DNA of 64,000 nucleotides, from the NCBI GenBank assembly GCA_902491345.1, contig CABUHI010000004.1:33306-97305 (forward strand). Reading direction: 5' to 3'. The notes beneath the pieces are model-generated. The model saw nothing but the letters and a program-made list of their open reading frames with translations. It was not told the DNA's origin and did no database searches. The translations under genes and the position numbers were made by a program. This stretch comes from an uncultured Collinsella sp. Its GTDB lineage: Bacteria > Actinomycetota > Coriobacteriia > Coriobacteriales > Coriobacteriaceae. This document shows positions 30,052 to 40,220 of this stretch, piece after piece; position 1 is the first letter of the stretch, and each line of letters begins with the position of its first letter.

Positions 30052-31443
30052 ATGTTTATCGGAAGAACGGCGGAAATGTCCGAGCTCAATCGACTGTATG
30101 GCACGGGCTCCTTTGAAATGCCTGTGATTTACGGCCGCCGTCGTGTGGGTAAAACGCGCCTTATCACAGAGTTCATCCAAGGCAAGAAGGCTATTTACTT
30201 TCAAGCTCGTCGTACCAATGCAGAGGCAAACCTGCACGGCTTTAGCCAGGCGATACTTGCAGGCTCGGTTGGTGCTGCAGGCGTGTCGTTTCGTAGTTTT
30301 GACGAAGCGTTCGATGCATTGGCCACCATGGCTCGCACGGAACGTTTAGTTGTCGTGATTGACGAGTATCCCTATCTCGCCCAATCGAATCCCGAAATCA
30401 GCTCGTTGCTGCAAGACAAGATCGACCACTTATACAAAGAGACCAGGCTAATGCTGATCCTATGCGGCTCGTCTCTTTCGTTTATGGAGGAACAGGTGTT
30501 GGGCTACGAGAGCCCACTATACGGTAGGCGTACGGCCCAGTTTAAGATCATGCCGCTCGATTTTACGACGACCCTCGGCCTGTGGCAGAGCATGAGTCGC
30601 GAAGACGCTGCGGTTTGCTATGGCATGACGGGCGGCATTCCTGCATATATCGAGAAAGTCGATCCTGCCGCACCGCTCAAGGACAACATCAAACGTCTTT
30701 TTCTTACTCCTACGGGCTATCTCTTTGAGGAGCCGAGTAACCTGCTGTTGCAAGAGTGCCGCAATCCCGAGCAATATGATGCGATCGTGCAAGCAATTGC
30801 TCAGGGGCGCTCGAGGATCTCGGAGATTGCGAGCTCTACGGGAATCCCTGCGAGCAACGTAAAGAGCTATGTGGATAAGCTGGCGTCGCTTGGGATTGTC
30901 GAGCGCGAGCTGCCCCTAAACGAGACGAGCAATAAGCGAGCCGTGTATCTGCTGAGCGACCAGATGTTTAGGTTCTGGTACAAGTTTGTGCCGCAGAACA
31001 TTGGGCTGATTCAAAACGATATGGCCGAGATGGCGTATAAGCGCATTGAGCCGCACGTATCGGATTACATGGGTACGGTCTTTGAGCTTATATGCAGGCA
31101 ATACGTGTACGAACTCGTGCGCGCGGGCCAGCTCGATGTGGTTCCGGCGAGCGTCGGGCGCTGGTGGGGGACGGACAATCGCACGCATACGCAGGAAGAA
31201 ATCGACTTGATTGTTGACGATGGCGAGGGCACTGCGCTGTTTGCGGAGTGCAAATGGCGCAATGAACCGGCGGGCGAAGACGTGCTGCAAAAGCTCGTAT
31301 ACCGAAGCGAGCTCTTTAGGCGGCAGCACAAAAGCTATGCGATCTTCTCGAAGCGAGGCTTTACGCAAGGATGTCAGGAAGCTGCGGCGAGCAGGGGAGA
31401 TGCCAAGCTGATTTCGTTTGCCGAGATGTGCGAGCGGAGATAA
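30052..31443 (+). CDS. AAA+ ATPase (archaeal-ATPase-like) with wHTH and C-terminal DUF234-like PD-(D/E)XK domain
   Basis: MFIGR, YGRRRVGKT Walker A, VIDEYPY Walker B, SPLYGRRT, EIDL..FAECKW. Confidence 0.88.
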   Translation: MFIGRTAEMSELNRLYGTGSFEMPVIYGRRRVGKTRLITEFIQGKKAIYFQARRTNAEANLHGFSQAILAGSVGAAGVSFRSFDEAFDALATMARTERLVVVIDEYPYLAQSNPEISSLLQDKIDHLYKETRLMLILCGSSLSFMEEQVLGYESPLYGRRTAQFKIMPLDFTTTLGLWQSMSREDAAVCYGMTGGIPAYIEKVDPAAPLKDNIKRLFLTPTGYLFEEPSNLLLQECRNPEQYDAIVQAIAQGRSRISEIASSTGIPASNVKSYVDKLASLGIVERELPLNETSNKRAVYLLSDQMFRFWYKFVPQNIGLIQNDMAEMAYKRIEPHVSDYMGTVFELICRQYVYELVRAGQLDVVPASVGRWWGTDNRTHTQEEIDLIVDDGEGTALFAECKWRNEPAGEDVLQKLVYRSELFRRQHKSYAIFSKRGFTQGCQEAAASRGDAKLISFAEMCERR

Positions 31444-31494
31444 CCAAGCACGCTCTGATGTGATGCTCGGAATGGGTCGCGCTAAGGATGCCAA

Positions 31495-31600
31495 GCGTAA
31501 AACCTTCAATGAAAATGGCGTAAAAACTACATCTGTCATGGCGTAAAAACTACATTGAAAGTAGCGTAAAATCAGCATTGAGAATGGCGTAATTTCGCAT
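31495..31600 (+). repeat. Five tandem degenerate 23-bp repeats (GCGTAA core)
   Basis: GCGTAA at 31495, 31518, 31541, 31564 and 31587. Confidence 0.85.
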
Positions 31601-31628
31601 ATCGCGTGATAGAGAGGGACGGCCGTCT

Positions 31629-32924
31629 GTGGATGCACCAAAGAGATTGACCCAAAAGGGATACAGGCCCCGGCTCATAGAGGAGCGCCTCGACACCCTT
31701 ATGCGGGCGTTTGGCTGTGTGGAAATCAACGGCCCCAAATGGTGCGGCAAGACCTGGACGGCGCTCTCTCGCTCGGCGAGCGTCTCCAGGCTCGATGAGC
31801 CTGCGCAGCGTGCGGCGGCAGAGGTCGACCCAAGCCTGGCGCTCATCGGCGATGCGCCACACCTGGTCGATGAATGGCAGGAGGTGCCCGAGGTTTGGGA
31901 TGCCGCCCGGCGTTTCGTGGACGCGAGCGGCAACGAACGGGGGACACTTTTGCTCACGGGCTCGACCGCGCTCAAAAGCGAGGAGCGCAGCCATGTTCGT
32001 CATTCCGGCACGGGTAGGATCGCCCGTCTGTCAATGCGCCCCATGGCCCTGTGTGAGTCGGGCGACGGCGAGCCGCTCGTGTCACTGGCAAGCCTCTTTA
32101 AGGGCGAGGATTTTGCCCCTCAGCGTCGCGAGAGCACGGTGGATGACGTCGCCCGCTGGTGCTGCAGGGGCGGTTGGCCTGCAAATCTTGGGCTTTCGGA
32201 AGATCTTGCGCGAGAGACGGCAAGCCAGTACGTGCACTCGGTGCTCGACGTCAACGTGCTGGACGAGGGCATGTCGCCCGAGCTTGCACACGGCCTTTTG
32301 CGAGCTCTTGCCATGAACGAGAGCCGGGCTGTCACGTACAAGACGCTCGTAAAGGACGCCTCGTACGGTGAGGCGGGCCCCGACGAGAGGACCATCGCTG
32401 CGTACTTGGACCTCTTCAACAGGCTCAAGCTGACCGAGGACCTGTGCGGATGGGAGCCGCCCATGCGCTCGAAGGCCCGCGTTCGCGTGCGCCCCAAGCG
32501 CTACTTCTGTGACCCGTCACTTGCGGCGGCGTTGCTGGGGGCTACCCCTGAGCGGCTGCTTGGCGATATGCAAACGCTGGGGATGCTCTTTGAGAATCTC
32601 GTCCTGCGCGACGTGTGCGTGTTCCTTTCCACCTACGGCGGTGTCGACAACAGTGTCCATTATTTCCGAGATGAGAAGGGCCTTGAGGTCGATCTGATCG
32701 TTGAGCACGACGGGCGCTGGGGAGCCATCGAGGTCAAGCTGAGTGATGCGAAAGCAGACGATGGAGCGAGAAATCTCAAGGCGCTGGAGAGGAAAGTGCT
32801 CTCCAATCCTGCCGCCCAGAATGCCGCGCCGGCGTTTTTGGCGGTCGTGGTTGGAAAGGGGAGCATTGCCTACACACGCGACGACGGCGTGGCGGTGATT
32901 CCCATGGCGGCACTTGGGGCGTAG
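31629..32924 (+). CDS. AAA ATPase with DUF4143-like C-terminal nuclease-fold domain
   Basis: GPKWCGKT, LVDEWQ, LLTGS, HSGTGRI, KRYFCDPSLA, EVDLIV..AIEVK. Confidence 0.88.
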   Translation: MDAPKRLTQKGYRPRLIEERLDTLMRAFGCVEINGPKWCGKTWTALSRSASVSRLDEPAQRAAAEVDPSLALIGDAPHLVDEWQEVPEVWDAARRFVDASGNERGTLLLTGSTALKSEERSHVRHSGTGRIARLSMRPMALCESGDGEPLVSLASLFKGEDFAPQRRESTVDDVARWCCRGGWPANLGLSEDLARETASQYVHSVLDVNVLDEGMSPELAHGLLRALAMNESRAVTYKTLVKDASYGEAGPDERTIAAYLDLFNRLKLTEDLCGWEPPMRSKARVRVRPKRYFCDPSLAAALLGATPERLLGDMQTLGMLFENLVLRDVCVFLSTYGGVDNSVHYFRDEKGLEVDLIVEHDGRWGAIEVKLSDAKADDGARNLKALERKVLSNPAAQNAAPAFLAVVVGKGSIAYTRDDGVAVIPMAALGA

Positions 32925-33381
32925 TGGTTTTGCGGGCGTGCCGTGCTTCCTTTACCGAAAATCCATCTGGTAAACCAGATGCTCGCGGATAGAATAAAGT
33001 TGACGGCAGCCCAAGGGTGATAGCTGGGCAGCGCCGTTGCTTGGTCAAGAGGTCAGTGCCTTAATGGCAGCGACTTGTTATGCTTCGAATGCTGCTTGAG
33101 TGCCTCGGAAAGTTCGATAAGCGCCGTGAAGAGCGAGACCAAAGCAACCAAGAGCTCTACGAGCTCTGATGGGCCCGGGATGACCTCTGATTCAAGTCAC
33201 CGGGCCTCAATCTTTTTCATTCATTTGAATAGAGTGGGCGGCGCTCTTGGGGCCGACTGTATGGCGTGTGCCTGGCGCGCGTGGCATTGCGTCCCGCCTT
33301 CATGTCCGCACGGGCGCCTATCCTTACGGCAATGTAGCCGCCTATGTAGCAAGCGGCAGGCAACGGAGAGAGGCCATAACC

Positions 33382-34116
33382 GTGTCAGCTGAAAGGATGC
33401 CGTGTATCTCGGCTATCGATACGACGAACTTTGCGCGCCAGATCGTGCTGGATTTTGAGTTTGCGCCGGTGCCAAAGCAGCGCCAGCGCCGTGGGCTGCG
33501 CAACGAGATTATCGAGGTCGGCGCCGTCAAGCTCGATTACCACGGCAACGTTATGGGCGAGTTCTCGCAGTTTGTGCAGACGGAATTTACCGAAGGCGTT
33601 GCGTTCCCCGTCCGCGAGCTTGCGGGGATATCGGCCGTGGACACCGCGATGGCCGATCCGCTTTACATGGTGATTAAAAGGCTCAGCGATTGGATCGGTC
33701 GCTACTCCGCCCAAGTGGTTTGCTGGAGCGGGGCGGACCGGCGACAGCTTTTGACCGAGTGCCAGGCAAAACATATCGACCCTGCCGCATTTCCTACGGA
33801 CTGGGCCGACCTGCAGGCGTTTTACACCTCGATTATGGATGTAGGCAGCCACGGGTGTGTCTCTTTGAGTGACGCAGCGACGTGGTTTGGCATCGAGTTC
33901 GACGAGTCGACGGGTCACGCCCACAGTGCCCTGGCCGATGCGCGCGTGACCGCCAAGTTGCTCAAGCAGGTGATGGACGGGAACTACCACGTGAGCCCAC
34001 GCGCTCAGGAGATCCGCCAGCGGTGGGGGATGGGCGAGCGAGCCCAGACGCGCCTCTCCAGCAGGTGTCCCGAGCTGAGCGATCTGCTGCTGAGGATGAA
34101 GGTGGAGGGGAGGTAG
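33382..34116 (+). CDS. DEDDh 3'-5' exonuclease (DnaQ/KapD-like)
   Basis: VLDFEF, EIIEVGAVK, WADLQ, HSALADA; start uncertain (GTG 33382 or ATG 33397). Confidence 0.85.
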   Translation: MSAERMPCISAIDTTNFARQIVLDFEFAPVPKQRQRRGLRNEIIEVGAVKLDYHGNVMGEFSQFVQTEFTEGVAFPVRELAGISAVDTAMADPLYMVIKRLSDWIGRYSAQVVCWSGADRRQLLTECQAKHIDPAAFPTDWADLQAFYTSIMDVGSHGCVSLSDAATWFGIEFDESTGHAHSALADARVTAKLLKQVMDGNYHVSPRAQEIRQRWGMGERAQTRLSSRCPELSDLLLRMKVEGR

Positions 34117-34313
34117 GCCCCCGCCCGTTTTGTTGCGCTGTCTTACTGCCTGGCAGTCCCCGATGTTGGCAGGTGGCTTCCACGGTGGCCAATCACGATC
34201 AACTGCGCCTCATTATCAAAACAAAAGTGCAGGCGGAATGGATTGCGGCAGTTGCGACCGTTGCCATTAAGTGCGCTGGCGAGGCTGCATTAGTTAGAAA
34301 CCGATTGCGTCGG

Positions 34314-35141
34314 TTAACTTCGTTGGCGCTCCTTGCGCCATTCATGGGCATCCCAGAGGTATTCGACTAGCGTCGCCGAACTTCCTACAGCAAGTTTTGC
34401 GTGTCTTATGGTCAGTCCTTTATAGCTGTCGGCTTTGCCGTGACCTGTTCCATATGGGTTGCGCAGCTCGGCAATACCGCCGGCGATGTTGCCGAGGCTG
34501 CTGAGGATGCGCTTTATGGTCCCTCCCGCCGGGAGGTCGGCGTTAATGTCGTCTGTCTCAATGCCGAGGCACTTCATCGTTTCCTTGACAAGCTGCGATA
34601 CGCCCCAATTGCCCCCATAGTCTCTGCTGTTTTCTTCAAGGATTGTTTTGCAACAACTTTCGATCAGTTCCTTGGACTTACCAATCGCTTCAGTTGGATT
34701 GGTCTCTCGTGATGAAAAGAGAGCGTCGATTTGTTGACGCATGTAGTCGCTCGTGAAATGGGTCTCAAGTTCCTCACGTTGGGCGAGAACGGAGACGCCT
34801 GCTCGTTCTCGCCTCGCAACGGGCTTGCACTTTTCATAAAGAAAATGATGGTTCTTAGCGTCGCGAGCTGTGGAAGTGCCATCCATTTCGCTGGCGTATT
34901 CAGGCTGTGCCTCATAGTAATCAAACAAGTCGCATAGCAACTTTGTTCCGCTTACATCAGATTCTTCTTCGATGTAGTTGGTGAGAGATCTACCTTTCGA
35001 TAGGCCGTAATGAGCGCAAAGCGCAACGCCAATGCTGCTTTTAGTAAAAGTGTCGAAGGAGCTTGTTGTGAAATTAAGAACATAGCCGCCACGGTTGAAA
35101 AGTCTGAGAAACAACCCTTTTTCAATTTCGGTCATAGCCAT
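34314..35141 (-). CDS. Abortive infection family protein (AbiJ-like N-domain + Abi_C HEPN-like domain)
   Basis: GGYVLNF, AIGKSKELIESCCKTIL, ELRNPYGTGHG; visibly AT-richer than flanks. Confidence 0.82.
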   Translation of the reverse strand: MAMTEIEKGLFLRLFNRGGYVLNFTTSSFDTFTKSSIGVALCAHYGLSKGRSLTNYIEEESDVSGTKLLCDLFDYYEAQPEYASEMDGTSTARDAKNHHFLYEKCKPVARRERAGVSVLAQREELETHFTSDYMRQQIDALFSSRETNPTEAIGKSKELIESCCKTILEENSRDYGGNWGVSQLVKETMKCLGIETDDINADLPAGGTIKRILSSLGNIAGGIAELRNPYGTGHGKADSYKGLTIRHAKLAVGSSATLVEYLWDAHEWRKERQRS

Positions 35142-35624
35142 TTTTCTCGCCTTGCAAAACACCTGATACTTCTTGATGAGGCATTATAAGGAGACGATGC
35201 AAGCTTTCCTAGAGTGGGCGTCATCGCTCGTTGAATCGTGTCCAAGATTATCTGAACGGAAAGCTATTATGTGCAATTCTGGTAGCTCTCTTTTGAGCAG
35301 CTGTCTTCGTTTGCCCAGATGGGGTCATACGCCTTGAAGCGGTTCCCCTCTGCCTCCCAACATCTCGGGAACCGTAATTGATTCATTATGGTTCCACTTC
35401 AACGATTGCCGCGCATGTCGCTGCGCACTCAATGCAGTTCTTTTATTATGCTTTGCATTGCGTTCTTCTACACACGCTTTAATCTGCGCAAATAATGGTC
35501 TCGCTCCATTTTATTGGAGTCAATTACATTGTCTGCCTATCAGCACCAGACGGCTATTTCTCTTTCGCCTTTTGCTAGAATCAGAAGCACATTTGTATTG
35601 CATCGTGCAATCGCGGAGGTTCCC

Positions 35625-35831
35625 ATGAAGTACGCCGACCTTATCGACGGAGAAGCCACCCCGAGCGAGCTCAGAAGCTTCCTCGTGGACGGCGAGAACG
35701 TGGCAGTAACCATCCGCATCCCCAAGAACATGCGCGATGCCGCCAAGGAGGCGGCCGCTCTCAATGGCGTCAGCTTCACGTCCCTCGTGAAGACGAGCCT
35801 CATAGAGTACCTGTCCAAGAAGGAGAAGTAA
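35625..35831 (+). CDS. Small putative ribbon-helix-helix DNA-binding protein
   Basis: 68 aa, VAVTIRIP..MRDAAKEAA..GVSFTSLV pattern; GGAGG RBS; 2 bp before hsdM. Confidence 0.6.
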   Translation: MKYADLIDGEATPSELRSFLVDGENVAVTIRIPKNMRDAAKEAAALNGVSFTSLVKTSLIEYLSKKEK

Positions 35832-35833
35832 CG

Positions 35834-37687
35834 ATGGCAGACATCCGCAAGCTCGAGAGTGAGCTTTGGGAGGCGGCAGACGAATTGCGTGCCAACTCCA
35901 AGCTGACGAGCCAGCAGTACTGCATGCCGGTTCTGGGCCTCATCTTCCTGCGTTATGCATGGGGTCGTTTCAAGCGTGCCGACGAGCAGATCGAAGCTGA
36001 GCGTGCTGCTGTCACGGGTCGTAAACCGCCCAAGCAGGCAGCGGACTACTCCGCCAAAGGCGCGATGTTCATCCCCGAGGAGGCCCGCTACGACTACTTG
36101 CTCAACGTGCCCGACGGTGCCGACATCGGCAAGGCGGTCAACGAAGCCATGGCAAGTATCGCTGCCATTAACCCCTCGCTCGCGGGCGTCCTTCCTGACA
36201 CCTACGCCGAGCTTGGCAATGACCTGTTGCGCAGCGTCATCCGCGTCTTTAACAACCCTGCCCTCGATGAGGAGGGCGATGACATTATCGGCCGCATCTA
36301 TGAGTACTTTCTCGGCAAGTTTGCTCCTGCGGTGGCTAGCGACGACGGCGTTTTCTTTACGCCCAAGTCGCTCGTTCGCATGATCATGAACGTCATCGAG
36401 CCCTCGCGTGGCAAGATGCTTGATCCCGCCTGCGGCTCGGGCGGCATGTTCGTCTCCGCCAGTGACTACGTACGCGAGCGGGGCGGCAACCCCGCCGAGA
36501 CCATGATGTTCTACGGTCAGGAGAAGGTCGACTACAACGCCAAGCTTTGCCTCATGAACATGGCTGTTCACGGCATGCAGGGCAACATCAAGTCGGGCGA
36601 TGACGCCAACACCTTCTATAACGACGCGCACGCGCTCGACGGCAAGTGTGACTTTGTGGCCGCCAACCCGCCCTTTAACGTGGATAAGGTGAAGCACGCA
36701 AGGGCTCTGGACGCCGGTCGCCTGCCGCTTGGCACACCGAAGGCGAACAAGAAGAAAGAAGTGTCCGCAAGCGGTGCCAACTATCTCTGGATTAACTACT
36801 TCTACTCCTACCTCAAGGACACGGGCCGCGCGGGTTTTGTCATGGCGTCCTCCGCTACCGATTCCAACGCCGAGCGCGCCCAACGTCGCAAACTCGTGGA
36901 GACCGGCCACGTGGACGTGATGCTCTACGTTGGCAACAACTTCTTCTACACCAAGAGTCTACCGTGCACGCTGTGGTTCTTCGACAAAGGCAAGCCTGAG
37001 GCGCTGCACGACAAGGTTCTGTTCATCGACGCCCAGCGCTACCACACCGCCATCTCCACGACGCTTAACGAGTGGACGCCTTGGCAACTCAAGAACCTCT
37101 CGGCCATCGTCTGGCTCTATCGCGGCGAAATGGGCAAGTACCACGACCTCATTGAGGCGTACAGGGACCGTGCAGCCAAGGTCGCGCCGCTGTTTGGCGG
37201 TGACGCGGCGGAGAAACTCTTGGGTATCGGTGATGTCGAGGATTTCGCCATTGCTCACGAAGTGATGCTGGCGGCCATTGAGGCTCGGAAAGCCGCCGCT
37301 AAGGCAGAAGTCGATGCCCTGCCCAAGCGCGAGCAGAAGAAGCGCCGTGAAGCCCTTGCTGAGGTGACGGCCCGGATGGAGTCCGCCGCTACTGAGATCG
37401 GCGAGGCCGTCTGGCTTGTCGAGAAGTTCGGCGAGGGCGAGTACGCGGATGTGCCGGGGCTGTGCAAGGTGGCCACGCGTACTGAGATTCAGGGTGACCA
37501 GCCTGCCGAGAAGAGCTCTTGGAGCCTGACGCCGGGTGCCTACGTGGGCGTGCCTCCTGTAGAGGACGACGGCGTGGACTTCCATGAGCGCATGGTCGAG
37601 ATTCACTCGGAGTTGCTGGAGCTGCAGAAGCGGGGTAACGACCTCATGGCCACTATCGACCGCAACTTCCAGGAGCTGAGGCTATGA
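35834..37687 (+). CDS. hsdM: Type I R-M methyltransferase subunit M
   Basis: LWEAADELR, FFTPKS, DPACGSGGMF, NPPF (m6A). Confidence 0.95.
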   Translation: MADIRKLESELWEAADELRANSKLTSQQYCMPVLGLIFLRYAWGRFKRADEQIEAERAAVTGRKPPKQAADYSAKGAMFIPEEARYDYLLNVPDGADIGKAVNEAMASIAAINPSLAGVLPDTYAELGNDLLRSVIRVFNNPALDEEGDDIIGRIYEYFLGKFAPAVASDDGVFFTPKSLVRMIMNVIEPSRGKMLDPACGSGGMFVSASDYVRERGGNPAETMMFYGQEKVDYNAKLCLMNMAVHGMQGNIKSGDDANTFYNDAHALDGKCDFVAANPPFNVDKVKHARALDAGRLPLGTPKANKKKEVSASGANYLWINYFYSYLKDTGRAGFVMASSATDSNAERAQRRKLVETGHVDVMLYVGNNFFYTKSLPCTLWFFDKGKPEALHDKVLFIDAQRYHTAISTTLNEWTPWQLKNLSAIVWLYRGEMGKYHDLIEAYRDRAAKVAPLFGGDAAEKLLGIGDVEDFAIAHEVMLAAIEARKAAAKAEVDALPKREQKKRREALAEVTARMESAATEIGEAVWLVEKFGEGEYADVPGLCKVATRTEIQGDQPAEKSSWSLTPGAYVGVPPVEDDGVDFHERMVEIHSELLELQKRGNDLMATIDRNFQELRL

Positions 37688-38892
37688 GCTGCAAATTAAA
37701 TGATGTCTGTGAGCTGATCGTCGATTGCCCACATTCAACAGAGCCTGACGAGGGCGAGGGATATCCGATTATTCGCACTCCAAACATCGGAGTCGGCTAC
37801 CTCGATCTCGAGGGTGTTCAACGAGTTTCCAAGGCTGCATACGATAGGCGAAATATCCGCGCCGTTCCACGCCCGAATGATTTGATACTCGCCAGGGAGG
37901 CTCCTGCTGGCAATGTTGGCATCATTAGAGAGGGCATGAAGGTGTGCCTCGGGCAAAGAACCGTTCTCATTCGTCCTAGCGCCGAGAAGGTTAGCCCTCT
38001 ATTCTTGAACTACTACCTCAATGCTCCGAAGCAGAGACATGCGCTGCTTAGCAACTCAAACGGAGCAACTGTCTCCCACGTCAACATGCCGGTTATTCGC
38101 AACCTGGTAATTGAGCTTCCCGACCGTGAAGCCCAAGATCGCATTGCTGACGTGCTCTCTGCTTATGACGAGCTGATCGAGAACAACCGCAGGCAGATCA
38201 AGCTCCTTGAGGAGGCCGCCCAGCGCCTCTACAAGGAGTGGTTCATCGATCTCAAGTTTTCCGGCCACGAGACTACGCCCATCGTTGATAGCCTCCCCGA
38301 GGGCTGGAAGCGTGGAACGCTCCTTACCTTGGTTGATGTCGTCCGAGGCTGCTCGTATTCCAGCGATGAAATCATACAAGGCGAGAAAACGCTGATTAAT
38401 CTTGGCAACTTGACTCCATTTGGCGGTTTCAGGTTCGGCTATGAAAAGCCGTTCTCGGGCAAATCGCGCGAGGACCAGATGGTTGCTAAGGGCGATGTGG
38501 TCATGGGGCTTACCGAGCAGGCTATCGGTTTGGCTGGTTATGCGGCTCTTCTCCCCACCGTTCCTGACGGAAGCGTCATCTCTGCCGACTTGGTCAAGAT
38601 TGCTCCGAAGCAAGGCGTGCCAGCGGAATTCGTATATGCGCTTCTTCGTTACGGGAGACTTTCTGAGCTGATTTCGCCGCTTGCGAACGGGACGAAGATC
38701 AAGCACCTTCGTCCTCAGTCGCTATCGCGGGCTACGACTCAGATTCCTTCGATTGAGCTAATGCAGCGTTACGCGGCTGTCGTTTGTCCCGCTTATGAGC
38801 AGATCGACGTTTGTCAACAACAGGTCGCTGCGGCTCGCGAGGTGCGTGATCGTTTGCTTCCCAAGCTTATGTCCGGGGAAATCGAGGTGTAG
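37684..38892 (+). CDS. hsdS: Type I R-M specificity subunit S
   Basis: Two TRDs with conserved spacers (QDRIADVLSAYDELIENN, RDRLLPKLMSGEIEV). Confidence 0.93.
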   Translation: MSCKLNDVCELIVDCPHSTEPDEGEGYPIIRTPNIGVGYLDLEGVQRVSKAAYDRRNIRAVPRPNDLILAREAPAGNVGIIREGMKVCLGQRTVLIRPSAEKVSPLFLNYYLNAPKQRHALLSNSNGATVSHVNMPVIRNLVIELPDREAQDRIADVLSAYDELIENNRRQIKLLEEAAQRLYKEWFIDLKFSGHETTPIVDSLPEGWKRGTLLTLVDVVRGCSYSSDEIIQGEKTLINLGNLTPFGGFRFGYEKPFSGKSREDQMVAKGDVVMGLTEQAIGLAGYAALLPTVPDGSVISADLVKIAPKQGVPAEFVYALLRYGRLSELISPLANGTKIKHLRPQSLSRATTQIPSIELMQRYAAVVCPAYEQIDVCQQQVAAAREVRDRLLPKLMSGEIEV

Positions 38893-38894
38893 TG

Positions 38895-40220
38895 ATGGGC
38901 CGCGAAAAGACGTTCCAGATACATCTCGACCCCGCCCTTATTGAGCGGTTCCATGGATTGCTTGGAGAGCATGAGCATATTTCGGAGCAGATTTCGTTTG
39001 TGGAAAAGGCTTTCGAGAAGAAGAAATTTCGGGGCCTTCCCGCATGGGATTGCATCTGCTCGTGTGAGCACAGGATTCGCGATACGGTCGCTTACCTGAA
39101 TGAACAGATACTTGGGACGGCTACGTATGAGTACGGGAGCGCGTTCGACTTCATTAACTTCATCAACAATGCCGCTACCGTGATTGATTGTGTCGATATG
39201 CTCGCAAGAATTTTTGGAGTTGACCTTTCCGAGGAGAATGACCGCACCGGAGCGTTCTCCCAGCTTGGTAGGAACAGGAAGGGCACAGACCAAAAATATT
39301 TCAGGTTCATTCGTTCCCTTTGCGCGGTTCACCCAGTGGAGACAAGTCGCTATGCCGGTGAGTACCAAAGTTCGGATCTCGTTACCTGCCCGTACATCAC
39401 ATGGGTAAAGGAGCCAATTTTCAAGACAATGTGGGATTGCGACTTGCACGCCCATGCGTTCACGAATGCGCCCAACAGCTGGGGCGATGACGTTTGTATC
39501 CATATGGACCAGGTCTTTGACTATATCGAGTTTCGTTATGGATTGCTGGAAAAGGTCATCGAGGGTCTCGGACGCTTTCAGCGGGAGGCCATTGCTAGGT
39601 TTTGCTCTATTCCGGTTCCCGACAGGGGAAGGAACGAGACAGAGGGCGAGTTTATTGATCGCTTGAAGAGCGCCGAGCTTGAGCGCTTTTGCTCTAGTAA
39701 CGACTTCATTTACGACTTCGCCAAGAAGGCAGTGTCTTTCGTCCCTTCGAACGAGGTGAACCTTTCGGCTGCCCGCCGTTATGCGGAGACATGGCGTCAT
39801 GCCTTGGGGCTGCAGCTCAACATACTTCGTGACATGTCGAGGGAAGGTCTGGAACATGCTGGTATCGAAGGCGATGAAACAGACTGGATTCTGTTTGAGC
39901 ACCTGCTTTTCTCTCATTCAGGTGCCCAGGAGCTGAGGGGGTTCGAATACAACCTCGAGAAGATCCATTATCTCGACGGCGAGCATGGCCCAAGTGACGC
40001 GAATTGGGGGCGCATCAAACTCCGCGAGATGGACGACGTTCTCGGTAGACGAGTCGTTTTCGACTATGAGAGCGACAGCGACGATGAGCTGTACATGCTT
40101 TCGCGCATCGCCCTGTACGAAATCGCCCTCATGCACCCGTGCGAGATCAATGACGCGATCCCGCTTGATTTGAAATACCGTCCGGCAGACGCCATGACAC
40201 GAGATGGAGGAAGGCTATGA
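38895..40220 (+). CDS. Hypothetical protein embedded between hsdS and hsdR
   Basis: 441-aa ORF abutting hsdS and overlapping the hsdR start (ATGA); contains RSLCAVH (Rx5H). Confidence 0.75.
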   Translation: MGREKTFQIHLDPALIERFHGLLGEHEHISEQISFVEKAFEKKKFRGLPAWDCICSCEHRIRDTVAYLNEQILGTATYEYGSAFDFINFINNAATVIDCVDMLARIFGVDLSEENDRTGAFSQLGRNRKGTDQKYFRFIRSLCAVHPVETSRYAGEYQSSDLVTCPYITWVKEPIFKTMWDCDLHAHAFTNAPNSWGDDVCIHMDQVFDYIEFRYGLLEKVIEGLGRFQREAIARFCSIPVPDRGRNETEGEFIDRLKSAELERFCSSNDFIYDFAKKAVSFVPSNEVNLSAARRYAETWRHALGLQLNILRDMSREGLEHAGIEGDETDWILFEHLLFSHSGAQELRGFEYNLEKIHYLDGEHGPSDANWGRIKLREMDDVLGRRVVFDYESDSDDELYMLSRIALYEIALMHPCEINDAIPLDLKYRPADAMTRDGGRL

